Shown: positions 10,122 through 18,572 of the stretch, in pieces
Numbering within the stretch: the first letter of the stretch is position 1
Layout: every line of letters starts with the position of its first letter
DNA from: an uncultured archaeon
GTDB taxonomy: Archaea; Asgardarchaeota; Thorarchaeia; Thorarchaeales; Thorarchaeaceae
Length of the DNA: 64,000 nucleotides
Assembly (NCBI GenBank): GCA_964473825.1
Contig: CAYYQL010000002.1
Span: 96,001-160,000, forward strand
Reading direction: 5' to 3'
The notes under the pieces: generated by a model
The model's input: the letters and a program-made list of their open reading frames with translations, nothing else
Told to the model about the DNA's origin: nothing
The model's database searches: none
Program-made: the position numbers and the translations under genes

Positions 10122-13100
10122 TCAATTGAGGAAATCTTCAATACATGTCTGTTCTGAAATGAAGAGAGAGTCCAAAGCTGACTCTATCAGGCGCAACCTC
10201 TGCCCAAGATAACCGCCGAGTCCATTATCAGCAATAATCTTCTTCGATATTTCAAGGTACTTAGAGATGTTTTTCTGACTAACCGTCAGAGAGAGTGGAG
10301 AGCCACATTCACAAACACCAGATAACGGAATTCTTCTGTATACGCGATTACATCTTCGGCATTGAGTCTTCTGAGTAGAATATGCGCGAAGATTACCACG
10401 GATATCACGAATGAAATGATGGGAGATAACCCGTTCCGCTACATCTCCTTCATCTACTGCAGCAATCATCTTTGCAAGCTTCAGCTGTGCCTCAAGCTTC
10501 TCAATCATGGTGCCCAGAGTCTTATAGCGCGAGTTTTTGGGCCCAAGGTCAAAGGAACCTGTTCCGTGGGTGAACTGGAACCCCTCATATTGTGCCTGTG
10601 AGTCCAAGCGGTTGGCAATGATATCTACCAAGGATTCCACCTCTCGGGGATGTTTCGCCTTTGAAACATGCCGATAGAATTCTGCAGGATATCGGCTACA
10701 AACTTCCATGTTATGACTCTCATCATCTACTTCTTCCGGGTTCAGGATCACAGATAACACTAGAGGGGCATCCATGAATCCTCCACGTCCAGCGGGGAGA
10801 TATGCCTTTGAGAAGTTGATGAGAGCGTCCATCACGAGTATCAAGGCGTCTTCATCACCATCACAGTTGCGTCGCTTTGCAGCATGCCAGTATGGGTGTG
10901 CGTAGCAGACACTGGCATTGGTGAATCCAATAATCCGGCCAATGATTCCTGCAGAAGTGTGTGGTGCAAGCCCAATAACCAGTGTACCAAGGATATCTTC
11001 TTGATTCTTGAACTCGTAGTACCGATCCAGTCCATAGATTTTCTCCAGACAGTCATCTACGAAGAGCGCAACCCGCACCATGTAGTCTGCACACTTCTCT
11101 GGCACTATGAGATCTTGTACCTTCAGTTCGACTACTTGCTCCTCAGAGGTTAACTTTTCACCATTGACATCTATACTGTATCCCAGGTCTCTTAGTTTGG
11201 AGACCGAAACACCAATCTCCTTGGGTATGAAGTGAGTGAGGGGGGCATCTGTTGCATCGAATCGAGCAGTACCGTCCCGGTAGCAGTATACATCATGCTT
11301 CGCCCTTAGAATCCCCTTTCCCAGGTACTCTGGGATTTTATAGTCATTGGTGAGTCCAAGCACACCCTTGACGCCGTATGTCTGGTGTTCGCCAATGTCT
11401 TCTTTAATGCGTTCAATGAGTGAGCTAAGATATAGAGGCAATGGAGTCCACTTTGTTGCTCTTATTAGATTGATGTCATGATTGCGGGGACAGCGACCTG
11501 TGTTTTCAGCGATAGGTTCACCGCAGCCTTCATGGGAGCACCATCTTCGGATTAGAGTATGGATTCCGCATCGATAGCATCTGGACTCGAAGGTTTCTTC
11601 CCCACAACTTGGGCAGACTCTAGAAACCAGTTCAACATCAAAACCAGATTTATGGTGTACCGGTGGATTCGCTTCATAGAGAGTTGTCTGATTTCGGGAG
11701 GGGTCGTTCTCCCGTGCAACCTTCTCGATTTCCCGCTCAGTCCCCAATGCACGACCAACAGGGAAAAGTGCTTGAACTGCCGGATGCATCTTTCGGGCTT
11801 CGGCTTTCTCAGGACGGCCCATCCGGGCACCAATAGAAAATCCGAGTTTGTCACGGATCTCAACAGTGGAGTGGGAATTGATGAATTCGATTACCGGTCT
11901 GTTCGAGGGAGGAGAGTTCCTATCGCCTATCTGAGCTTGGACTGTAACAGGATGGTCAAGCAGTTCTATAATCCGTCCCCTATCCCGAAACATGTGAGAA
12001 ACACCAAGGCGCTCTAAGTACTCTTTATGCTGAACACTGGCGGGCAATACAATCCGTTCCAAACCCTCAACCTTGACAATGTTTACCTCATCCAGAATCC
12101 AGTTACGGAGTTCTGCGGCCTCTTCCGTGGTCAGTACTCTCCATCTGTAAACATAGCGTGGATGAAGAGGCACTTCAAGCAAATCAGAAGTAACAACGGC
12201 CTCCTCAGGGGAGGGTATGTCACTGAGTGGAGATTGAATCCAAGACTCGAGTCGGTCATAGTCAATCCCTATCTCTTCCAGCCCCTTTTCGAGAGCTTTC
12301 TTTGTTTTCTTGCTGCAGGCCTCCTCCAAGTCATGAGACCACCACTCCTCGCAATATCCTGCGGGCACCAAAGGATGGTTGTTCTCCAGAAACTCTCCAA
12401 GAGCAACCAAGATGTCTCCCAGAAAGATGATCCGTTCGAGGGTCTCGCCGATTTTTCTTGCCTCTTCAACATCGCTAACTTGTTTGACTGTACCATCTCT
12501 TAGAAGCACAATGGGGCCTTCAATAGTATCTACGGGTGCGACTATCGATCCTTTTCCAGGGCGTTCTGTCCTAATGTGAGTCCCGGGAGCCAGAAATTCA
12601 TCTACCATATACATGGTCGCAGGGTGAATGCCTACTCCTGCTAATCCCGTATTCCTCGATCGCCCATATCGTAAACGAAAACCGCCGTTTCGAGAGGGGT
12701 GAGAGAAGACAGGACGACCACCAATTACGTCCGCTAAGTAATCCTCCTTGGGAGAAAGCGGGCTCTTCTGTGACTTCTTCTTAGATGAGTCAGACTTTGA
12801 CATCTTTCTTGCTATCTCTTGGAGCCAATCCCAGCCCGGCATTTCTAGTCTATTGACAATTTTCGCCAGCTTGGCAGCCCTACCGACAACTCCATCATTC
12901 AGCACAAGAACCGACCCACCTCTGACGCGATTCGTTTCTATTCGTTCCAAATCGCGACTCCCTGATACCTCAAACTGTTCAGTGGGCTCGCCTGTCAGCA
13001 TTATGGGCAAGTTAGAGGCAGCAAACCGTATCAACTCAGGGTGGACAGGATACTGAAGGTGTACATTTCGTGCATAGAGTTCTACCTCCTCGAGAGCACG

Positions 13101-13670
13101 TTCAACCTCGTCGTCGGTCGGTGCAAGAGGTGGTAGACCCAATACTTGTCGAACGTAATCAGCAACAAGGACTGTCACTGCGGCCTCCGTGCCCCCCGCG
13201 GCTCTGATTGGTCCTGCGAGGTAGAGTGCAAGATACTTGGAATCGCCCGATCCGCGAATCCGTACTTTGGAGATTCCCTCCAAAGGGGCAGCCGTTATGC
13301 TCTCAGTGAGTATTGCTAGAGCAACGCGGACAGCTTTGTCTGCGGCTTTCTCTGAATCTTCAAATTCGCCCAGTGACTTCTCAGCTATCTCTCGGGCTAT
13401 TGTGAATGCAACTTCTTCTCTTGACATGGTTTTCTGGAGTTCGCGAATACGTCTTGCCACCCCGACTGGCCCTTCAAGAGTTGCTTCTACCCTAGCAGCA
13501 ACATCGTGTGCTGGGGGAATCTCCACCCTCAGTTCCGGATCGTAGCCCTTAGATCGCGCAGCCTCTGCAACAGCATATATCGCCTCAACTTCCTTATTCA
13601 GAGTGTTGAAGTATTGGCCATAACCTATGCTGTGCTTCGGTAGGGGGAGATTCTTTTCTGACACCGTCAA
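10122..13670 (-). CDS. polC: DNA polymerase D large subunit DP2
   Basis: AGPIRAAGGT, GFRLRYGRSRNTG, catalytic RRNCDGDED, Zn fingers; no intein; TTG start inferred. Confidence 0.97.
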   Translation of the reverse strand: MTVSEKNLPLPKHSIGYGQYFNTLNKEVEAIYAVAEAARSKGYDPELRVEIPPAHDVAARVEATLEGPVGVARRIRELQKTMSREEVAFTIAREIAEKSLGEFEDSEKAADKAVRVALAILTESITAAPLEGISKVRIRGSGDSKYLALYLAGPIRAAGGTEAAVTVLVADYVRQVLGLPPLAPTDDEVERALEEVELYARNVHLQYPVHPELIRFAASNLPIMLTGEPTEQFEVSGSRDLERIETNRVRGGSVLVLNDGVVGRAAKLAKIVNRLEMPGWDWLQEIARKMSKSDSSKKKSQKSPLSPKEDYLADVIGGRPVFSHPSRNGGFRLRYGRSRNTGLAGVGIHPATMYMVDEFLAPGTHIRTERPGKGSIVAPVDTIEGPIVLLRDGTVKQVSDVEEARKIGETLERIIFLGDILVALGEFLENNHPLVPAGYCEEWWSHDLEEACSKKTKKALEKGLEEIGIDYDRLESWIQSPLSDIPSPEEAVVTSDLLEVPLHPRYVYRWRVLTTEEAAELRNWILDEVNIVKVEGLERIVLPASVQHKEYLERLGVSHMFRDRGRIIELLDHPVTVQAQIGDRNSPPSNRPVIEFINSHSTVEIRDKLGFSIGARMGRPEKAEARKMHPAVQALFPVGRALGTEREIEKVARENDPSRNQTTLYEANPPVHHKSGFDVELVSRVCPSCGEETFESRCYRCGIHTLIRRWCSHEGCGEPIAENTGRCPRNHDINLIRATKWTPLPLYLSSLIERIKEDIGEHQTYGVKGVLGLTNDYKIPEYLGKGILRAKHDVYCYRDGTARFDATDAPLTHFIPKEIGVSVSKLRDLGYSIDVNGEKLTSEEQVVELKVQDLIVPEKCADYMVRVALFVDDCLEKIYGLDRYYEFKNQEDILGTLVIGLAPHTSAGIIGRIIGFTNASVCYAHPYWHAAKRRNCDGDEDALILVMDALINFSKAYLPAGRGGFMDAPLVLSVILNPEEVDDESHNMEVCSRYPAEFYRHVSKAKHPREVESLVDIIANRLDSQAQYEGFQFTHGTGSFDLGPKNSRYKTLGTMIEKLEAQLKLAKMIAAVDEGDVAERVISHHFIRDIRGNLRAYSTQKTQCRRCNRVYRRIPLSGVCECGSPLSLTVSQKNISKYLEISKKIIADNGLGGYLGQRLRLIESALDSLFISEQTCIEDFLN

Positions 13671-13816
13671 CCACTCAAATATCAGGAGGTCCTTTCTTTT
13701 GGATTTTGCCGAGACATAACATTCGTCCCGGGAGCTCGGACATGGCGAGCAGTGAGCTTTAAAGCCTAACTGAGAACACAACAGACTGAAACCACCATCA
13801 CGGGGAAGATAGATAG

Positions 13817-15589
13817 ATGCTAACATTAGAAGAAACGATTCAGCTCATTTTAGAGAATTCTCCTGAATATGAGAGAAAGGACATCATGAAGATGATCGAA
13901 GAGAAGAGACAAGAGCTGGGTCCCGAGGTTGTTAACGAGGAGTCTGCCGCTATGATAGTAGCTCGCGAGCTTGGAGTGGACCTCCAACAGGTCTCTGCTA
14001 GGGCGCGGATGAAGATTGAGGACATAACCGAATCGACAAGAAACGTAGCTTTGACTGCAAAAGTAGTTGGCGTAAGTGGTGTTCGGACTTTCTCAAGGTC
14101 TGATGGTGGGGAGGGCAAGGTGGCAAGCATTACGATTGCAGATAGTACCGGAAGGATGAGAGTAGCCCTGTGGGATGATATGACCGGAGCTGTTTCTGAT
14201 GAGGTTGTTTCGGTTGGGAGTATTGTTCAGATTCGTAATGCATACGTCAAGAAGGGGCTAAGAGATTCGCTTGAGCTTAACCTTGGAAGAATGGGCAATT
14301 TACGAGTGTTGGAGGACTACGAGCTAGACGATCTGGACATAGAGATTCCTGAGGGAGAGATGACAAGCATCTCGGATCTTGAAGAGAATATGTATGATAT
14401 TAGTATCAGATTTCAGGTTCAACGAGCATTTCCACTCAGTACATTCACACGGAAATCTGACGGTAGCGAAGGAAAAGTTCTGAGTGTGATTGGAGCTGAC
14501 GAAAGCGGGAGTACAAGAGTCACGTTTTGGGATGGGCATGCAGAACAGATGAAAGATGTAAGAGAAGGAGAGGTCATTCATCTTTCCGGCGCCTATACAA
14601 GGGCTGGAAGGTATGGAGATGTTGAAGTTCATTCCGGTAGGTCAGCGATAATCGAAAGAAACATCGATGAAGAGATTGATGCAGTTGAAGTTCAGGGTTT
14701 CGGAGCAACAACTAGTGAGCCCTTGGGCCGAAAGAACATCGATAATCTGACGGTTGAGATGCGTGATGTGGATATTGAAGGGAAGATTATCAGAATCTTC
14801 CCGCCAAATGAATTTGAAAGGGATGGCAGCAAAGGACGCGTTCAGAATCTAATGGTTGCAGATAGCACTGGTACAATTAGAATGACCTTCTGGAATGAAG
14901 ACGTTGATAAGATAGCAGACCTGAAGGAGGGAGAGGTAGTTCGTGTTCGCCACGGGTATGTCCGAGAGGGCTTTCGTGGAGGAGTTGAATTCCATGCCGG
15001 ACGAAGGAGCGAGATAGAGGTGAATCCCAAGGATTCCACACTGCAAGATCTCGATCTATCGGACGTTTCGGTTAGACCGACGACGAGGGCTAATCGAACC
15101 ATGATTGGTGATATCGATGAAGCCATGGTCCAGAAGATTGTCGAAATCTATGGCAATATCGTGAAGGTCTTTGAAAGTCGACCCGTTTATCCTGCCTGTC
15201 CTGATTGCCGTAAGAAGGTCGAAGTGGTGGAGGGAGGTCATAGATGTGATGTTCATGGTGACATTAAGGATGTGGAATACAGGACGTTGTTTAAGGTGGT
15301 TCTAGACGATGAAACCGGTTCAATTACTGTCACCCTCTTTGGAGAGGCGGGGGAGAAACTGCTTGACATGTCTGCAAATGAGGCCCAGAAACTCATCGAG
15401 AAGACGGGTAATGTCACCGAACCGATTGACTTAGCCTGGCCGAAGATTCAAGGACAAGACGTCGTAATCCAGGGGAGGGTGTCGATGTTCAGAAAATCGC
15501 TAGATATCACGGCGATTTCTTTGGAGTTCCCCGATCGTCTACAGGAAATAGCTCGACAGAAGGATGAGATTGAGAAGCTCATCAGCTAG
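13817..15589 (+). CDS. rpa: Replication protein A large subunit (multi-OB-fold with Zn finger)
   Basis: Four repeated D.TG..R..(F/L)W-type OB folds; ACPDC...C..H Zn site. Confidence 0.9.
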   Translation: MLTLEETIQLILENSPEYERKDIMKMIEEKRQELGPEVVNEESAAMIVARELGVDLQQVSARARMKIEDITESTRNVALTAKVVGVSGVRTFSRSDGGEGKVASITIADSTGRMRVALWDDMTGAVSDEVVSVGSIVQIRNAYVKKGLRDSLELNLGRMGNLRVLEDYELDDLDIEIPEGEMTSISDLEENMYDISIRFQVQRAFPLSTFTRKSDGSEGKVLSVIGADESGSTRVTFWDGHAEQMKDVREGEVIHLSGAYTRAGRYGDVEVHSGRSAIIERNIDEEIDAVEVQGFGATTSEPLGRKNIDNLTVEMRDVDIEGKIIRIFPPNEFERDGSKGRVQNLMVADSTGTIRMTFWNEDVDKIADLKEGEVVRVRHGYVREGFRGGVEFHAGRRSEIEVNPKDSTLQDLDLSDVSVRPTTRANRTMIGDIDEAMVQKIVEIYGNIVKVFESRPVYPACPDCRKKVEVVEGGHRCDVHGDIKDVEYRTLFKVVLDDETGSITVTLFGEAGEKLLDMSANEAQKLIEKTGNVTEPIDLAWPKIQGQDVVIQGRVSMFRKSLDITAISLEFPDRLQEIARQKDEIEKLIS

Positions 15590-15690
15590 ATAGGCACATA
15601 TCAGGGTACACCAACAGAAACCAAAGTTGGACATATAGTAGATAATAGTGAGGACAATGGGAGAACATCAGAGTGGGGTCTAAATGCTCT

Positions 15691-15875
15691 GTTCCTGATA
15701 ATAATCTGTTTCTTACAGTTTGGTGAGTGAGCCTCCCCTGTAAGAGACTTCTGCGTTCCACCTCTCCTCTGCCAGCGTCCAGAGCGGGATGTCAGCAAGG
15801 GGGAATCTTACATATATCTGATACTCTTGTCTGACAGATTAACTAGGAAAAGGGGGTATTTTCATTATCCCTGAA
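15691..15875 (-). repeat. Copy 1 of ~180-bp non-coding repeat (inverted relative to 17988-18162)
   Basis: Reverse complement aligns to 17988-18162 with 7 substitutions, one 11-nt indel and one 1-nt indel (hand alignment). Confidence 0.95.
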
Positions 15876-15946
15876 CTCTCATCTGGAAACCGCACTGGGG
15901 GAACAACTCTCTGGTGTCAAAGATTGTGCAACATACAATGAACGGT

Positions 15947-17188
15947 TCAAGAGCTCATATGTATCAGTTTGCTAAGACCGGTGAGAAAACGGTCTACATC
16001 TTCTGTGTTATTGTAGATATAGAAGCTGGCTCGGACTGAACCGTTCTCGGGATTGAGTCCCAGCTGATAATGAAATGGACCTGCACAGTGCCACCCGCTT
16101 CTCACCATCACACCGAATTCTGTGTCAAGGAAGGTAGCGACATCATGAGCAGACTGTACGGTATCCACTGTAAAGGTAACAAGACCAGTTCTGATGGTAA
16201 TATCGCTGGTTCCGATTATGTGCACATTCTCCATACTCAGGAGCTTCTCAAGAGCATGAGATAGCAGGGTCTTTTCACGTTTCTCAATTTCCTTCATTCC
16301 GATTGCTTGAAGATACTCAGCGGCGGCTCCCGCACCGATGGCACCAGCATAATTCTGAAGACCTGCCTCGAACTTCTCTGGAGGGGGCAAATATTCTGGA
16401 ATAATCTGCCCGTTTTCGAACCGTACATCTGCAACGGTATCGCCTCCAGTTAGAAACATGTCCATCTCGCTGAGAAGACTTGACTTCCCGTATAGAAGGC
16501 CCATGCCCGAAGGCCCACACATTTTGTGTACTGATATGGCGGAGAAGTCAACATCCGAGGCTTGGACATCCATGGGATGATGAGGAGCGTACTGGGCATC
16601 GTCAGAGAGAACAAGAGCCCCCTGATCATGGGCTAATTCGGTGATCGCCTCCAAAGGAGCAACAGTTCCTGTGACATTGGAAGAGTGAACAACCGACACC
16701 ATACGCGTATCGTGGTCGATTGCCTCTTTCCATGCTTCAATGTCGAACGTGCCATCTGATTCCGCCTTGACGATCTCAACCCTCAGATTATCTCGTCTGG
16801 CACGTTCCACAAAGGGCAGCGAACCGCTATGGTGCTCCAATGTTGTTGTGACAATCTTTGATCCTGCAGGAATTTTCACAGATCGAGCTACTATGTTTAT
16901 CGATTCGGTTGCATTCCGGGTCCAAATACATTCATGGGGGCTGTCTGCATTGATAAATTCCGCAAACTTCTCCCTTGCTCTGGCATACGCTTCAGAAACC
17001 TCCTTTCCAAAGGTATGAATGCTCCGACCCCCACAGGCGGGATACCTCTCGTAGTATTCGTTCATGGCATCAATAACCCGCCGTGGCTTCAGTGCCATAC
17101 AGGCACTGTCAAGATAGACAGGATTGTGTCCATTTATGGTTCTCTTCAGTGCTGGGAAATCATTGCGGATTCTGTTCCAGTCGACCAC
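15947..17188 (-). CDS. sufS: Group II cysteine desulfurase
   Basis: YLDSA, EHHS, D.AQ, PLP lysine in S.HKM.GP, FEAG, catalytic RSGWHCA. Confidence 0.9.
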   Translation of the reverse strand: MVDWNRIRNDFPALKRTINGHNPVYLDSACMALKPRRVIDAMNEYYERYPACGGRSIHTFGKEVSEAYARAREKFAEFINADSPHECIWTRNATESINIVARSVKIPAGSKIVTTTLEHHSGSLPFVERARRDNLRVEIVKAESDGTFDIEAWKEAIDHDTRMVSVVHSSNVTGTVAPLEAITELAHDQGALVLSDDAQYAPHHPMDVQASDVDFSAISVHKMCGPSGMGLLYGKSSLLSEMDMFLTGGDTVADVRFENGQIIPEYLPPPEKFEAGLQNYAGAIGAGAAAEYLQAIGMKEIEKREKTLLSHALEKLLSMENVHIIGTSDITIRTGLVTFTVDTVQSAHDVATFLDTEFGVMVRSGWHCAGPFHYQLGLNPENGSVRASFYIYNNTEDVDRFLTGLSKLIHMSS

Positions 17189-17190
17189 GG

Positions 17191-17424
17191 CTATTTCCTC
17201 GTCAATTGCCAGCGATAGCCACCCTTGCCAAATTCTCTGGTTACAAGTCCTCTGTCGACCAGTTGGTTGGCAGCTGCCACAAAAGCATCACCACCAGCAC
17301 AGTCCGAACAGAGCTCCGCATACTGAGCGCTTTGTGCATACTTGAGTATCTCCGAAGTTGTTAGAGAGCCGGCATCTTCCAGTATCGTGAGAACACATCT
17401 CGCATTTGCTGTGAGGGTTGACAT
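17191..17424 (-). CDS. Small winged-helix protein with CxxC, directly upstream of sufS
   Basis: L..L...G.LTT.EI ... L..RGLV.R......Y.W wHTH pattern with inserted CSDC. Confidence 0.7.
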   Translation of the reverse strand: MSTLTANARCVLTILEDAGSLTTSEILKYAQSAQYAELCSDCAGGDAFVAAANQLVDRGLVTREFGKGGYRWQLTRK

Positions 17425-17720
17425 CAATTTCGGCTCGGCGAGAAGGACAATATGAAGGCTTCTATCGAGTATCTGTGGATTATTCTTAACGGCTCTGTGT
17501 GAAAAGTCGACGAAAGGACAAGAATTAGAAACATTCACACTATACCGTGCACGAATCTCAAAGGCGTCATCGCTTTTTGTGACCGTAATAATTCATGGTT
17601 GATGAGTTTTCACACAGCGCCATTCTTAACAAAATGCTTAAAACGGCTCCACCATGGAGCAGCTTGCTCTCTTTCTATCAGGGCTAGGCTCTGTTGTGAG
17701 AAAAGACAAGGTGGTTCGTT

Positions 17721-17972
17721 ATGGGACGAAGACGCAGACAGAAGGTTAGCAGAAGGCCAAGGAAGAGGATTCCCGATGTCTATCCATGTCCAGACTGTGG
17801 AAACACAGCGATTAAGATAGAGCTCTACCGGAAGAATGCGATGGCCATGGTTAAATGCGGATCTTGCGGCCTTGAGATGACCATAGAAGATGTCAATGAG
17901 CTGACAGAACCCGTTGATATCTATGGCAGCTTCATAGATGAGTTCTATGAACAAAGGAAGGCAGAAGCATAG
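17721..17972 (+). CDS. elf1: Transcription elongation factor Elf1
   Basis: Basic MGRRRR N-terminus, CPDC...CGSC, EPVDIY..FID. Confidence 0.92.
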   Translation: MGRRRRQKVSRRPRKRIPDVYPCPDCGNTAIKIELYRKNAMAMVKCGSCGLEMTIEDVNELTEPVDIYGSFIDEFYEQRKAEA

Positions 17973-17987
17973 ATACGTTCCTTGTAA

Positions 17988-18162
17988 TTCAGGAGTAATG
18001 AAAATACCCCCTTTTCCTAGTTAATCTGTCAGACAAAAGTGTAAGATTCCCCCCTTGCTGACATCTTGCTCTAGACGCTGGCAGAGGAGGGGTGGAACGC
18101 AGAAGTCTCTTACAGGGGAGGCTCACTCACCAAACTGTAAGAAACAGATTATTATCAGGAAC
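17988..18162 (+). repeat. Copy 2 of ~180-bp non-coding repeat
   Basis: See copy 1; starts 16 nt after the elf1 stop. Confidence 0.95.
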
Positions 18163-18200
18163 GATTATAAGCCAGATTCTTTGGAGGAAACACGATTCAC

Positions 18201-18317
18201 ATGCAAGCCAATTTGTACACTCAGATAATTGGACTCGTTCTAACAGGGTTCGGAATTCTTGCCCTACTACTGAGCCTGATTTATACTGTTTATGGTGATG
18301 ATGAACCCGAAGAATAG
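18201..18317 (+). CDS. 38-aa single-pass membrane peptide (MQANLYTQIIGLVLTGFGILALLLSLIYTVYGDDEPEE)
   Basis: ATG preceded by GGAGGA; one clean hydrophobic helix and an acidic tail; below the ORF-track cutoff. Confidence 0.5.
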   Translation: MQANLYTQIIGLVLTGFGILALLLSLIYTVYGDDEPEE

Positions 18318-18572
18318 CGCGATAAGGGTCTCGCATAGATGACAGACTCGCACACTCAATCACTAGAGTAACAGACAGTTCCTTCCCAAAGACTTCTTTT
18401 CCTCACTGCTGGAGCTAGCAGAAAATCAAAGCGAAGCTTGCCTGGGTTTGTAAGACCCGGAAGACAGCAGTATGGATAACAAGAGATGATAAGCACGGAG
18501 ATGCCGCTGTGAGAAGGGATATCCGCATCTTGATTAAGAAGACCCGGCACGTGTTGATGGGGACAACTTGAT

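Noticed and set aside
10122-13670. Intein in DP2 (also considered for RNAP subunits, aIF5B, Lhr, TopA)
   Set aside because: Lengths are normal and no C...HN splice motifs or LAGLIDADG inserts were seen
18095-18130. IS200/IS605 right-end-like motif (GAAG...AGGGGAGG..TCAC) inside the repeat
   Set aside because: Resemblance is loose, homology continues ~30 nt beyond it, and no tnpA/tnpB is in the window; family not assigned
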